25,154 nucleotides of DNA. Source: a virus. Taxonomy: Duplodnaviria; Heunggongvirae; Uroviricota; Caudoviricetes. The notes below the pieces were generated by a model, which searched no databases, was not told the DNA's origin, and saw nothing but the letters and a program-made list of their open reading frames with translations. The stretch is taken from IMG/VR virus record IMGVR_UViG_2534681662_000015; one strand, given 5' to 3'. Both the position numbers and the translations under genes were made by a program. Below, one piece after another: positions 1 to 8,235 of this stretch (within the stretch, counting starts at the first letter, position 1; each line of letters opens with the position of its first letter).

Positions 1-1284
1 TTACTTCTTCGCCTCTGCAACCACTTTACTACCCACGCCGCGGTTATTGTATTCCCACATGCGGTTGTAGTTAGTGTCATTCAGATTGCGCTGTATTTCG
101 TCGTTATCATCTACGCTGCCGGTATTACCCGCAAACGGACGATTAGAGATCACCGCATCGGCCCACGGTTTAGCCGTGTTAAAACCTTCGTTGATGGCGC
201 TATCACGGATCACCACCTGACCGTTGGTATTGGCATCAACATCCAGCGAGCGGCCCAGTTGCGCCACACCATCACCGAAAGCATTGAAACGGCTGTTTAC
301 GGCGAGGAAACCGTAGTAAATGTTGGACAGCGTAGCCGGTGCAAACACATACGCTTCTTGCTGAGTACGTGAGTTCACCACGCGGAATTCGGTGTTATCG
401 AACACCACTGCGCCGCGACCAGAAACGATATCCACATCCCCTTCAATGTAGCTGTTGGTCACCAGCGTACGCGGCTGACGGTTGGTTTCCAGACGGTTCT
501 GCACACCGCTGTTGGTGACAAAGAAGGTGTTCTGACGACCGAGAATGTTAACGTTGTTAATCTGTACCTGGTCACCATCAGTACGCAGTGCCACCGCCGG
601 ATGGTTACCTGCATCTACGCTATCGCCCAGCGTGTTTTCGATGGTCAGATTTTGCAGTTGCAGGCCATTGTTTTGTGACCAGAAGACCGCAGAGCAGAGA
701 ACACCGATACTGTCGCTGCGTTTGCTCTGGCAGCTATCGTACATATACCACGCTGGTTTACCTGGCATATATTTGCCGCGCGGGTTGACGTCGTGACGCC
801 AGTCGGCAGGGCTCATGCCCCCATCAAGGGAAAGCCCAATCTTCACATCAATCGGTTTTTCACCTGTACCGTACAGAGTAATTCCACCCGGAGCAGCAGG
901 GACATACACCGTTCCCTGATACTCACCAGGCATCACGGCAATATACTGGCGCTTGTTAGTGCGCTTGATAATTGCCGCATCTACCGCCGCCTGAATCGTG
1001 GTATGCGTTACACCTTGAGTACCCGCCGGGCCGACAACAAAGTCAGGTTGCGCAGGCAGGGTAATCGGGGAAGGATTCCACGCTGCAGCACCTGGTGTCA
1101 GGGATGCAAAATAGTGTTGAGCATCGAAATTCTGCGCTTCTTTTGCCGACAGAATCGGGCGAGAAGAGGTACCAGGCGCGGTTTGATCAGAAGGACGTTG
1201 ATCGGGTGGTGTTGAGCTACAGGCGGTCAGCGTCACGCCAAAAGCCAATGCCAGCGCCAGACGGGAAACTGAAAATGTGTTCAC
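1..1284 (-). CDS. ybhC: YbhC-like outer-membrane lipoprotein (pectinesterase-fold thioesterase), host gene flanking attB-lambda
   Basis: 427-aa ORF with lipoprotein signal (…GVTLTAC) and pectinesterase-like body; recognised from memory as E. coli YbhC, which borders the lambda att site. Complete; its stop codon is at the window start. Confidence 0.85.
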   Translation of the reverse strand: MNTFSVSRLALALAFGVTLTACSSTPPDQRPSDQTAPGTSSRPILSAKEAQNFDAQHYFASLTPGAAAWNPSPITLPAQPDFVVGPAGTQGVTHTTIQAAVDAAIIKRTNKRQYIAVMPGEYQGTVYVPAAPGGITLYGTGEKPIDVKIGLSLDGGMSPADWRHDVNPRGKYMPGKPAWYMYDSCQSKRSDSIGVLCSAVFWSQNNGLQLQNLTIENTLGDSVDAGNHPAVALRTDGDQVQINNVNILGRQNTFFVTNSGVQNRLETNRQPRTLVTNSYIEGDVDIVSGRGAVVFDNTEFRVVNSRTQQEAYVFAPATLSNIYYGFLAVNSRFNAFGDGVAQLGRSLDVDANTNGQVVIRDSAINEGFNTAKPWADAVISNRPFAGNTGSVDDNDEIQRNLNDTNYNRMWEYNNRGVGSKVVAEAKK

Positions 1285-1330
1285 AGGTTGCTCCGGGCTA
1301 TGAAATAGAAAAATGAATCCGTTGAAGCCT

Positions 1331-1345
1331 GCTTTTTTATACTAA
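1331..1345. other. attL core (lambda O region GCTTTTTTATACTAA); the P' arm with Int arm-type/IHF sites follows to ~1420
   Basis: Exact 15-bp lambda att core read directly; the left side matches the attB B arm (…TGAAGCCT), the right side matches the lambda P' arm (GTTGGCATTATAAAAAAGCATTGCTTATCAATTTGTTGCAACGAACAGGTCACTATCAGTCAAAATAAAATCATT). Confidence 0.85.
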
Positions 1346-1418
1346 GTTGGCATTATAAAAAAGCATTGCTTATCAATTTGTTGCAACGAACAGGTCACTA
1401 TCAGTCAAAATAAAATCA

Positions 1419-2489
1419 TTATTTGATTTCAATTTTGTCCCACTCCCTGCCTCTGTCATCACGATACTGTGATGCCATGGTGTCCGACTTATGCCCGAGA
1501 AGATGTTGAGCAAACTTATCGCTTATCTGCTTCTCATAGAGTCTTGCAGACAAACTGCGCAACTCGTGAAAGGTAGGCGGATCCCCTTCGAAGGAAAGAC
1601 CTGATGCTTTTCGTGCGCGCATAAAATACCTTGATACTGTGCCGGATGAAAGCGGTTCGCGACGAGTAGATGCAATTATGGTTTCTCCGCCAAGAATCTC
1701 TTTGCATTTATCAAGTGTTTCCTTCATTGATATTCCGAGAGCATCAACATGCAATGCTGTTGGGATGGCAATTTTTACGCCTGTTTTGCTTTGCTCGACA
1801 TAAAGATATCCATCTACGATATCAGACCACTTCATTTCGCATAAATCACCAACTCGTTGCCCGGTAACAACAGCCAGTTCCATTGCAAGTCTGAGCCAAC
1901 ATGGTGATGATTCTGCTGCTTGATAAATTTTCAGGTATTCGTCAGCCGTAAGTCTTGATCTCCTTACCTCTGATTTTGCTGCGCGAGTGGCAGCGACAGG
2001 GTTTGTTGTTATATGGCCTTCAGCTATTGCCTCTCGGAATGCATCGCTCAGTGTTGATCTGATTAACTTGGCTGACGCCGCCTTGCCCTCGTCTATGTAT
2101 CCATTGAGCATTGCCGCAATTTCTTTTGTGGTGATGTCTTCAAGTGGAGCATCAGGCAGACCCCTCCTTATTGCTTTAATTTTGCTCATGTAATTTATGA
2201 GTGTCTTCTGCTTGATTCCTCTGCTGGCCAGGATTTTTTCGTAGCGATCAAGCCATGAATGTAACGTAACGGAATTATCACTGTTGATTCTCGCTGTCAG
2301 AGGCTTGGGTTTGTGTCCTGAAAATAACTCAATGTTGGCCTGTATGGCTTCAGTGATTGCGATTCGCCTGTCTCTGCCTAATCCAAACTCTTTACCCGTC
2401 CTTGGGTCCCTGTAGCAGTAATATCCATTGTTTCTTATATAAAGGTTAGGGGGTAAATCCCGGCGCTCATGACTTCGCCTTCTTCCCAT
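1419..2489 (-). CDS. int: Tyrosine integrase, lambda Int
   Basis: 356-aa ORF; sequence recognised as lambda Int (MGRRRSHERRDLPPNLYIRNNGYYCYRDPRTGKEF…); adjacent to attL and overlapping xis. Confidence 0.95.
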   Translation of the reverse strand: MGRRRSHERRDLPPNLYIRNNGYYCYRDPRTGKEFGLGRDRRIAITEAIQANIELFSGHKPKPLTARINSDNSVTLHSWLDRYEKILASRGIKQKTLINYMSKIKAIRRGLPDAPLEDITTKEIAAMLNGYIDEGKAASAKLIRSTLSDAFREAIAEGHITTNPVAATRAAKSEVRRSRLTADEYLKIYQAAESSPCWLRLAMELAVVTGQRVGDLCEMKWSDIVDGYLYVEQSKTGVKIAIPTALHVDALGISMKETLDKCKEILGGETIIASTRREPLSSGTVSRYFMRARKASGLSFEGDPPTFHELRSLSARLYEKQISDKFAQHLLGHKSDTMASQYRDDRGREWDKIEIK

Positions 2490-2685
2490 TTCTGATCCTC
2501 TTCAAAAGGCTACCTGTTACTGGTCGATTTAAGTCAACCTTTACCGCTGATTCGTGGAACAGATACTCTCTTCCATCCTTAACCGGAGGAGGGAATATCC
2601 TGCACTCGCGTACCCATCGACGAACTGTTTCAAGGCTTCTTGGGCGTCGCTGGCGTGCGTTCCACTCCTGAAGTGTCAAGTACAT
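2467..2685 (-). CDS. xis: Excisionase, lambda Xis
   Basis: 72-aa ORF MYLTLQEWNARQRRPRSLETVRRWVRECRIFPPP…, recognised as lambda Xis; 23-nt overlap with the int start. Confidence 0.95.
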   Translation of the reverse strand: MYLTLQEWNARQRRPRSLETVRRWVRECRIFPPPVKDGREYLFHESAVKVDLNRPVTGSLLKRIRNGKKAKS

Positions 2686-2724
2686 CGCAAAGTCTCCGCA
2701 ATTACACGCAAGAAAAAACCGCCA

Positions 2725-2892
2725 TCAGGCGGCTTGGTGTTCTTTCAGTTCTTCAATTCGAATATTGGTTACGTCTGCATGTGCTATCTGCGCCCACAGC
2801 ATCCAGTGGTCATAGCAGTCGCTGATGTTCTCGGCTTCGATAACTCTGTTGAATGGTTCTCCATTCCATTCACCTGTGACTCGGAAGTGCAT
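2725..2892 (-). CDS. Small hypothetical protein (55 aa), at the position of the lambda 55-aa ORF just upstream of xis
   Basis: Hand-translated minus-strand ORF MHFRVTGEWNGEPFNRVIEAENISDCYDHWMLWAQIAHADVTNIRIEELKEHQAA (below the 60-aa cutoff of the ORF track); position and size match the lambda small ORF next to xis. Confidence 0.45.
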   Translation of the reverse strand: MHFRVTGEWNGEPFNRVIEAENISDCYDHWMLWAQIAHADVTNIRIEELKEHQAA

Positions 2893-2929
2893 TTATCATC
2901 TCCAAAAAACAAACCCCGCCGTAGCGAGT

Positions 2930-2962
2930 TCAGATAAAAGAAATCCTCGTCAGTGCGAGGAT
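2930..2962 (-). terminator. Putative intrinsic terminator (minus strand)
   Basis: 7-bp stem ATCCTCG/CGAGGAT (2943-2949 / 2956-2962) with 6-nt loop; on the minus strand it is followed by TTTCTTTTAT. Confidence 0.35.
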
Positions 2963-3134
2963 GCTGTTCATTGCTGCTATACACTTTTTTGCTCTCAACG
3001 TAAGCGGTAGCCCATTCTGTTGGGTTGGTGCAGTTGCTTTTAGGAAATGCTATTTACCCCTTAAATGTCGGCTGAAAGAGCTAAAATCCATGCAAAAAAT
3101 TTACGCAATTTTGTGTATTATTGTGCAGTAAGTA

Positions 3135-3737
3135 ATGAGCTATTTTCTGCGCAAAAAATGGATGGTAAATTTGTCCGGGTCAGGAAAAATTTTATGGGCG
3201 CTAAACATGAAAAAAGATTCGTATCCTTATTTGATTTGCATGACAGTTTCAGGGCTGATCTTTATTTTCCTTTTCTTCTGGTGGCGGGCAGATATCTACA
3301 GGGTCACGTTTCTTAATCAGAGTATATCCCACTATTACATTCTGTTTAGCATGGGAATAGCTTTTCTGTTATCTCTGTTTTGGGTTAAGAAGGGGATAGT
3401 AAAACAAAGAGGCTGGAAGAGTCTGTCAGCATACCTTAAGGTTTATGCAGGGATGTGCATATTTGCAGGATTTTTTCTGATTATACCCCTTACGACACTA
3501 ACTTATTTTTTGCCTGGAGAGACATCGTCTTATGTTGCACCGTATCGGTATACTTCCGGTAGTTCAAAAAGTTGTTCTGGAGCTGAGGTGGATGACCCCG
3601 ATCTACATGAGAATATTCGCATTTGCTATCCGTATGGCAATTATGAGTACGATAATATTATCTATGTTGAAAAGAAAATTAATATATTAGGTGCGGTAGT
3701 GACATATGCACAGACCGCGCGTGATGATACTGAATGA
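3135..3737 (+). CDS. Hypothetical integral membrane protein (~176-200 aa; 3 predicted TM helices plus a Tyr/Cys-rich C-terminal domain); AT-rich cargo gene
   Basis: Longest ORF in an AT-rich block on the strand opposite the surrounding early-left operon. Hydrophobic segments LICMTVSGLIFIFLFFWW, YYILFSMGIAFLLSLFWV and CIFAGFFLIIPLTTLTYFL. Start is ambiguous (ATG at 3135, 3162 or 3207; none has a strong SD). Not a lambda gene that I recognise. Confidence 0.55.
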   Translation: MSYFLRKKWMVNLSGSGKILWALNMKKDSYPYLICMTVSGLIFIFLFFWWRADIYRVTFLNQSISHYYILFSMGIAFLLSLFWVKKGIVKQRGWKSLSAYLKVYAGMCIFAGFFLIIPLTTLTYFLPGETSSYVAPYRYTSGSSKSCSGAEVDDPDLHENIRICYPYGNYEYDNIIYVEKKINILGAVVTYAQTARDDTE

Positions 3738-3771
3738 TATAGTATATAGCGGGCAAGTTTTAGTTAATTTA

Positions 3772-3795
3772 TCGAGGTAATATAATTTACCTCGA
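3772..3795 (+). terminator. Stem-loop downstream of the membrane-protein gene (possible terminator)
   Basis: Perfect 9-bp inverted repeat TCGAGGTAA / TTACCTCGA around a 6-nt loop TATAAT; no clean T-run, so terminator function is uncertain. Confidence 0.35.
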
Positions 3796-3947
3796 CTCGT
3801 TTGTTCTGGTATTAATATTTCGCTTTACGACCGATTTTTATCTGATGATATCATGCGGTTTTCATATACTGACTTACTGTCTTTTCTCCGTTAGCGATTT
3901 TCTCCTGCTCAGCGATGATTTTATCTTTGGCTTCTAGTTAATTTCGC

Positions 3948-4169
3948 TCACTTCGAACCTCTCTGTTTACTGATAAGCTCCAGATCTTGCTGGCAACTGG
4001 CACAAGTCCGACAACCCTGAACGACCAGGCGTCTTCGTTCATCTATCGGATCGCCACACTCACAACAATGAGGGGCAGATATAGCCTGGTGGTTCAGGCG
4101 GCGCATTTTTATTGCTGTGTTGCGCTGTAATTCTTCAATTTCTGATGCTGAATCAATGATGTCTGCCAT
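3948..4169 (-). CDS. TraR/DksA-family C4 zinc-finger protein (73 aa; lambda Orf73-like)
   Basis: 73-aa ORF with CxxC…CxxC (CCECGDPIDERRRLVVQGCRTCASC) and an acidic N-terminal helix, the hallmark of TraR/DksA-type RNA-polymerase binders. Confidence 0.75.
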   Translation of the reverse strand: MADIIDSASEIEELQRNTAIKMRRLNHQAISAPHCCECGDPIDERRRLVVQGCRTCASCQQDLELISKQRGSK

Positions 4170-4220
4170 CTTCCATTAATCCCTGAATTGTTGGTTAATA
4201 CGCTTGAGGGTGAATGCGAA

Positions 4221-4246
4221 TAATAAAAAAGGAGCCTGTAGCTCCC
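4221..4246 (-). terminator. Putative intrinsic terminator (minus strand) between the orf61-like gene and the TraR-like gene
   Basis: Minus-strand reading GGGAGC-uacag-GCUCCU followed by UUUUUUAUUAUU. Confidence 0.45.
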
Positions 4247-4267
4247 TGATGATTTTGCTTTTCATGT

Positions 4268-4579
4268 TCATCGTTCCTTAAAGACGCCGTTTAACATGCC
4301 GATTGCCAGGCTTAAATGAGTCGGTGTGAATCCCATCAGCGTTACCGTTTCGCGGTGCTTCTTCAGTACGCTACGGCAAATGTCATCGACGTTTTTATCC
4401 GGAAACTGCTGTCTGGCTTTTTTGATTTCAGAATTAGCCTGACGGGCAATGCTGCGAAGGGCGTTTTCCTGCTGAGGTGTCATTGAACAAGTCCCATGTC
4501 GGCAAGCATAAGCACACAGAATATGAAGCCCGCTGCCAGAAAAATGCATTCCGTGGTTGTCATACCTGGTCTCTCTCAT
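4268..4579 (-). CDS. Small early-left protein (lambda orf61-position homolog; 103-aa reading frame, true start uncertain)
   Basis: ORF whose first ATG overlaps the upstream orf63-like gene by 20 nt, the same arrangement I recall for lambda orf61/orf63; internal starts at M11 or M33 are possible. Confidence 0.45.
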   Translation of the reverse strand: MRETRYDNHGMHFSGSGLHILCAYACRHGTCSMTPQQENALRSIARQANSEIKKARQQFPDKNVDDICRSVLKKHRETVTLMGFTPTHLSLAIGMLNGVFKER

Positions 4580-4751
4580 CTGCTTCTGCTTTCGCCACCA
4601 TCATTTCCAGCTTTTGTGAAAGGGATGCGGCTAACGTATGAAATTCTTCGTCTGTTTCTACTGGTATTGGCACAAACCTGACTCCAATTTGAGCGAGGCT
4701 ATGTGCCATCTCGATACTCGTTCTTAACTCAACGGGAGATGCTTTGTGCAT
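4560..4751 (-). CDS. Small early-left protein, lambda Orf63-like (63 aa)
   Basis: 63-aa ORF in the lambda orf63 position between orf60a and orf61 homologs. Confidence 0.6.
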   Translation of the reverse strand: MHKASPVELRTSIEMAHSLAQIGVRFVPIPVETDEEFHTLAASLSQKLEMMVAKAEADERDQV

Positions 4752-4912
4752 ACAGCTCCCCGTTTATTATTTATCTCCTCAGCCAGCCGCTGTGCTTTCA
4801 GGGGATTTCGGATAACAGAAAGGCCGGGAAATACCCAGCCTCGCTTCGTAACGGAGTAGACGAAAGTGATCGTGCCTACGCGGATATTATCGTGAGGATG
4901 TTTCATCGCCAT
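4724..4912 (-). CDS. Small early-left protein, lambda Orf60a-like (62 aa)
   Basis: 62-aa ORF immediately downstream of exo on the minus strand, overlapping the exo stop, as in lambda. Confidence 0.6.
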   Translation of the reverse strand: MAMKHPHDNIRVGTITFVYSVTKRGWVFPGLSVIRNPLKAQRLAEEINNKRGAVCTKHLPLS

Positions 4913-5583
4913 TGCTCCCCAAATACAAAACCAATTTCAGCCAGTGCCTCGTCCATTTTTTCGATGAACTCCGGCACCATCTCGTCAAAACTCGCCATGT
5001 AATTTTCATCCCGCTCAACCACGACATAATGCAGGCCTTCACGCTTCATTCGTGGGTCATAGTTGGCAAAGTACCAGGCATCTTTTCGCGTCACCCACAT
5101 GCTGTACTGCACCTGGGCCATGTAAGCTGACTTTATGGCCTCGAAACCACCGAGCCGGAATTTCATGAAATCCCGGGAGGTAAACGGGCATTTCAGTTCA
5201 AGGCCGTTGCCGTCACTGCATAAACCATCGGGAGAGCAGGCGGTGCGCATACTTTCGTCGCGATAGATGATCGGGGATTCAGTAACATTCACGCCGGAAG
5301 TAAACTCAAACAGGGCTCTGGCGTCGTTCTCGTACTGTTTTCCCCAGGCCAGCGCCTTAGCATTAACTTCCGGAGCCACACCGGTGCAAACCTCAGCCAG
5401 CAGGGTGTGGAAGTAGGACATTTTCATGTCAGGCCACTTCTTTCCTGAGCGGGGCTTTGCTATCACGTTGTGAACTTCTGAAGCGGTGATGACGCCGAGC
5501 CGTAATTTGTGCCATGCATCATCCCCCTGTTCGACAGCTCTCACGTCGATCCCGGTACGCTGCAGGATAATGTCCGGTGTCAT
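4903..5583 (-). CDS. exo: Lambda exonuclease (Red-alpha)
   Basis: 226-aa ORF recognised as lambda Exo ([62 protein letters not shown]…); start overlaps the bet stop. Confidence 0.95.
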   Translation of the reverse strand: MTPDIILQRTGIDVRAVEQGDDAWHKLRLGVITASEVHNVIAKPRSGKKWPDMKMSYFHTLLAEVCTGVAPEVNAKALAWGKQYENDARALFEFTSGVNVTESPIIYRDESMRTACSPDGLCSDGNGLELKCPFTSRDFMKFRLGGFEAIKSAYMAQVQYSMWVTRKDAWYFANYDPRMKREGLHYVVVERDENYMASFDEMVPEFIEKMDEALAEIGFVFGEQWR

Positions 5584-6365
5584 GCTGCCACCTTCTGCTC
5601 AGTGGCTTTCTGTTTCAGGAATCCAAGAGCTTTCACTGCTTCGGCCTGTGTCAGTTCTGACGATGCGCGAATGTCGCGGCGAAATATCTGGGAACAGAGC
5701 GGCAATAAGTCGTCATCCCATGTTTTATCCAGGGCGATCAGCAGAGTGTTAATCTCCTGCATGGTTTCATCGTTAACCGGAGTGATGTCGCGTTCCGGCT
5801 GACGTTCTGCAGTGTATGCAGTATTTTCGACAATGCGCTCGGCTTCATCCTTGTCATAGATACCAGCAAATCCGAAGGCCAGACGGGCACACTGAATCAT
5901 GGCTTTATGCCGTAACATCCGTTTGGGATGCGACTGCCACGGCCCCGTAATTTCTCTGCCTTCGCGAGTTTTGAATGGTTCGCGGCGGCATTCATCCATC
6001 CATTCGGTAACGCAGATCGGATGATTACGGTCCTTGCGGTAAATCCGGCATGTACAGGATTCATTGTCCTGCTCAAAGTCCATGCCATCAAACTGCTGGT
6101 TTTCATTGATGATGCGGGACCAGCCATCAACGCCCACCACCGGAACGATGCCGTTCTGCTTATCAGGGAAGGCGTAAATTTCTTTCGTCCACGGATTAAG
6201 GCCGTACTGGTTGGCGACGATCAACAATGCGATGAACTGCGCATCGCTGGCATCACCTTTAAATGCCGTCTGGCGAAGAGTGGTGATCAGTTCCTGTGGG
6301 TCGACAGAATCCATGCCGACACGTTCAGCCAGCTTCCCTGCCAGCGTTGCGAGTGCTGTACTCAT
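5580..6365 (-). CDS. bet: Lambda Beta single-strand annealing protein (Red-beta)
   Basis: 261-aa ORF recognised as lambda Bet ([68 protein letters not shown]…). Confidence 0.95.
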   Translation of the reverse strand: MSTALATLAGKLAERVGMDSVDPQELITTLRQTAFKGDASDAQFIALLIVANQYGLNPWTKEIYAFPDKQNGIVPVVGVDGWSRIINENQQFDGMDFEQDNESCTCRIYRKDRNHPICVTEWMDECRREPFKTREGREITGPWQSHPKRMLRHKAMIQCARLAFGFAGIYDKDEAERIVENTAYTAERQPERDITPVNDETMQEINTLLIALDKTWDDDLLPLCSQIFRRDIRASSELTQAEAVKALGFLKQKATEQKVAA

Positions 6366-6370
6366 CCGTT

Positions 6371-6667
6371 TTATACCTCTGAATCAATATCAACCTGGTG
6401 GCGGGCAATAGTTTCAACCATGTACCGTATGTGTTCTGCCATGCGTTCCTGAAACTCAACATCGTCATCAAACGCACGGGTAATGGCTTTTTTGCTGGCC
6501 CCGTGGCGTTGCAAATGATCGATGCATAGCGATTCAAACAGGTGCTGGGGCAGGCCTTTTTCCATGTCGTCTGCCAGTTCTGCCTCTTTCTCTTCACGGG
6601 CGATCTGCTGGTAGTGACGCGCCCAGCTCTGAGCCTCAAGACGATCCTGAATGTAATAAGCGTTCAT
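6371..6667 (-). CDS. gam: Gam RecBCD inhibitor (98-aa GamS form)
   Basis: 98-aa [63 protein letters not shown]… recognised as lambda Gam; 5-nt gap to bet as in lambda. The in-frame upstream region hits a stop 18 codons up, so the long GamL form cannot be made. Confidence 0.9.
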   Translation of the reverse strand: MNAYYIQDRLEAQSWARHYQQIAREEKEAELADDMEKGLPQHLFESLCIDHLQRHGASKKAITRAFDDDVEFQERMAEHIRYMVETIARHQVDIDSEV

Positions 6668-6743
6668 GGCTGAACTCCTGAAAATGGCTGTGAAAATATC
6701 GCCCGCGAAATGCCAGGCTGATTAGGAAAACAGGAAAGGGGGG

Positions 6744-7034
6744 TTAGTGATTCAGGCCGTTACCGCGTCCGTCGAGAAAAACTTCCACGAGCAAATCACG
6801 GGTATAAGTGCGCTCGATGCCGCGATGCAGATAAAGCCGTCCGCGTAAATTAGCTGATGCAGTCCAGGTACCATCTTTGTGTTTGACCAGCATTCCTGGC
6901 ATGACCGCACCTCGATTAACGGTCTGCGTTCCGTAATGTTGATGAACCATAAAAACTCCTGCCCGTAAGCTGGGCTGCTGAACATATAAAGACTTCTGCG
7001 CGTATTCAGGCGGTGGATGGCCGCCGGTTGTCAT
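6744..7034 (-). CDS. Hypothetical early-left protein (96 aa); first gene downstream of the PL region
   Basis: ORF with an in-frame stop 8 codons upstream of its ATG and a GAGG SD; occupies the place where lambda has kil/cIII/ssb/ral/sieB/N but resembles none that I recognise; not Arg-rich like N. Confidence 0.5.
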   Translation of the reverse strand: MTTGGHPPPEYAQKSLYVQQPSLRAGVFMVHQHYGTQTVNRGAVMPGMLVKHKDGTWTASANLRGRLYLHRGIERTYTRDLLVEVFLDGRGNGLNH

Positions 7035-7171
7035 AACTAAGCCGCCTCGTTGAAGCGACTAAGGTATGAAATGTTGAGTTAATTTCAGCTGGTCACACCG
7101 ACGTTCACGCGTCCGTTTCACCCCTCGCACTCCCCGAAGCCTGCTGAAATTCAAACTGCGGATCTAAGCGG

Positions 7172-7222
7172 TCATCGCAACGGTGAATCAGGTAGTTGCC
7201 GTATCGTTGTGTTGTTGCGATG
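7172..7222 (-). promoter_or_regulatory. Large palindrome in the predicted PL leader (candidate RNA structure, terminator or protein-binding site)
   Basis: Perfect 10-bp inverted repeat TCATCGCAAC … GTTGCGATGA flanking 31 bp with further internal complementarity (CAACGG/CGTTG); lies immediately downstream of the predicted PL -10. Confidence 0.4.
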
Positions 7223-7300
7223 AACTTATTTAAAACTATAGTTGTTTTATCGTCAACAACAAAAGTTGTTTTATTGGTTGTTTTAGATATAACTGGTTGT
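7222..7300 (-). promoter_or_regulatory. Putative PL promoter with OL operator array
   Basis: Minus-strand TTGACG-17bp-TTAAAT, embedded in repeated GTTGTT/AACAAC half-sites (~7241, 7255, 7265, 7277, 7295); the module TTGACGATAAAACAACTATAGTTTTAAAT is near-identical to the PR module at 8284-8312. Confidence 0.5.
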
Positions 7301-7397
7301 ATTTAGGATGGATTTATTTTGTGACTTGAATCGCATAGCGATAACTGAAGCGAGGTTATGGTGGTTTTTTTAACGGTGTGTGTGATGAGGGGAGGGC

Positions 7398-7424
7398 AAA
7401 AGAAAACCCGGCACGGTGACCGGG
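7398..7424 (-). terminator. Putative terminator downstream of the repressor gene
   Basis: CCCGG-N8-CCGGG hairpin followed on the minus strand by TTTTCTTTT; about 120 bp after the cI-like stop. Confidence 0.35.
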
Positions 7425-7545
7425 ATTCTTACGCCGTTAGGTAAAGATATTATTGCGGTGGCTTAATATTACTACCTAGAGCAAAGATAGGAATTAGTTC
7501 TTTACTGAATGAGCACAATGCCCAGTTGATAATTTTTAATTGGTA

Positions 7546-8235
7546 CTACCCATGCTTCCTATATGTCTGCGGCATGCTCCCAATAACCTTACCGAAGATG
7601 AACACCCGGTTCATCTCGTCTTTCTCGATCGGGTCCCACGGTGAGTAGCTTTTGTTATCAGAGATGACCAGCAGCTTATTCTTCATCATTTGCAGGCGCT
7701 TTACATGGGCTGTGTCGTCGTACAGAAACGCATAGATACCATCACCGTCGAAAGATTTAACTGTGATATCAACGAACAGCAGATCACCTGGTTCGATCGT
7801 TCCTGACATGCTGTCACCACGCACGTTAATGATGCGGATATTTTCCGCCTTCCTACCATCGAACATGTGACGAGCATCGTCAAACGAGTACTCAACCGAG
7901 CGTAGAACTTCTACAAACTCACGGTTGATGACTCCCGGCCCAGCACTGACTTCTATATCAAGAACGTCAATCTTGAAGTATTTGGAATGGCTGACAGTTG
8001 ATTGTATTGGTTGCACTGTACTGTCTGACATATTTCCAACGCCAGAAGATAACCATTCTGCGCGCACACCCAAAGCGTTCGCGATCTCCACGATTTTAGT
8101 TGTTTGATTAGCTTTCCCTGTTTCGATTTTCTGAATAGCAGCCTGGCTAACCCCGACCAAATCCCCAAGCGCCTTTTGTGTAAGGCCTCGCGCTAATCTG
8201 GCTTCTTTAAGTCTTTCTGAGAGTGTTGTTTTCAT
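7546..8235 (-). CDS. CI-like prophage repressor (N-terminal XRE-type HTH, C-terminal LexA/S24 autopeptidase domain); non-lambda immunity
   Basis: HTH segment LTQKALGDLVGVSQAAIQKIETGK; S24 signatures GDSM (Ser nucleophile) and HVKRLQ (Lys). Start taken at MKTTLSERL… (ATG 8233-8235); the ORF stays open to an ATG at 8301 that lies inside the operator palindrome. Confidence 0.85.
   Translation of the reverse strand: MKTTLSERLKEARLARGLTQKALGDLVGVSQAAIQKIETGKANQTTKIVEIANALGVRAEWLSSGVGNMSDSTVQPIQSTVSHSKYFKIDVLDIEVSAGPGVINREFVEVLRSVEYSFDDARHMFDGRKAENIRIINVRGDSMSGTIEPGDLLFVDITVKSFDGDGIYAFLYDDTAHVKRLQMMKNKLLVISDNKSYSPWDPIEKDEMNRVFIFGKVIGSMPQTYRKHG

Noticed and set aside
545-1316. Plus-strand ORFs inside and at the end of ybhC (545-796, 588-788, 793-1215, 1095-1316)
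   Set aside because: Antisense to the complete ybhC gene; no support.
3065-3316. 83-aa plus-strand ORF overlapping the start of the membrane-protein gene in another frame
   Set aside because: Overlaps the longer, hydrophobic-helix-encoding frame; Arg/Lys-rich low-complexity product; likely out-of-frame noise in AT-rich DNA.
6744-7034. Calling the 96-aa early-left ORF Kil or N
   Set aside because: It is not Arg-rich like N and I cannot match it to lambda Kil from memory; it is left as a hypothetical protein.
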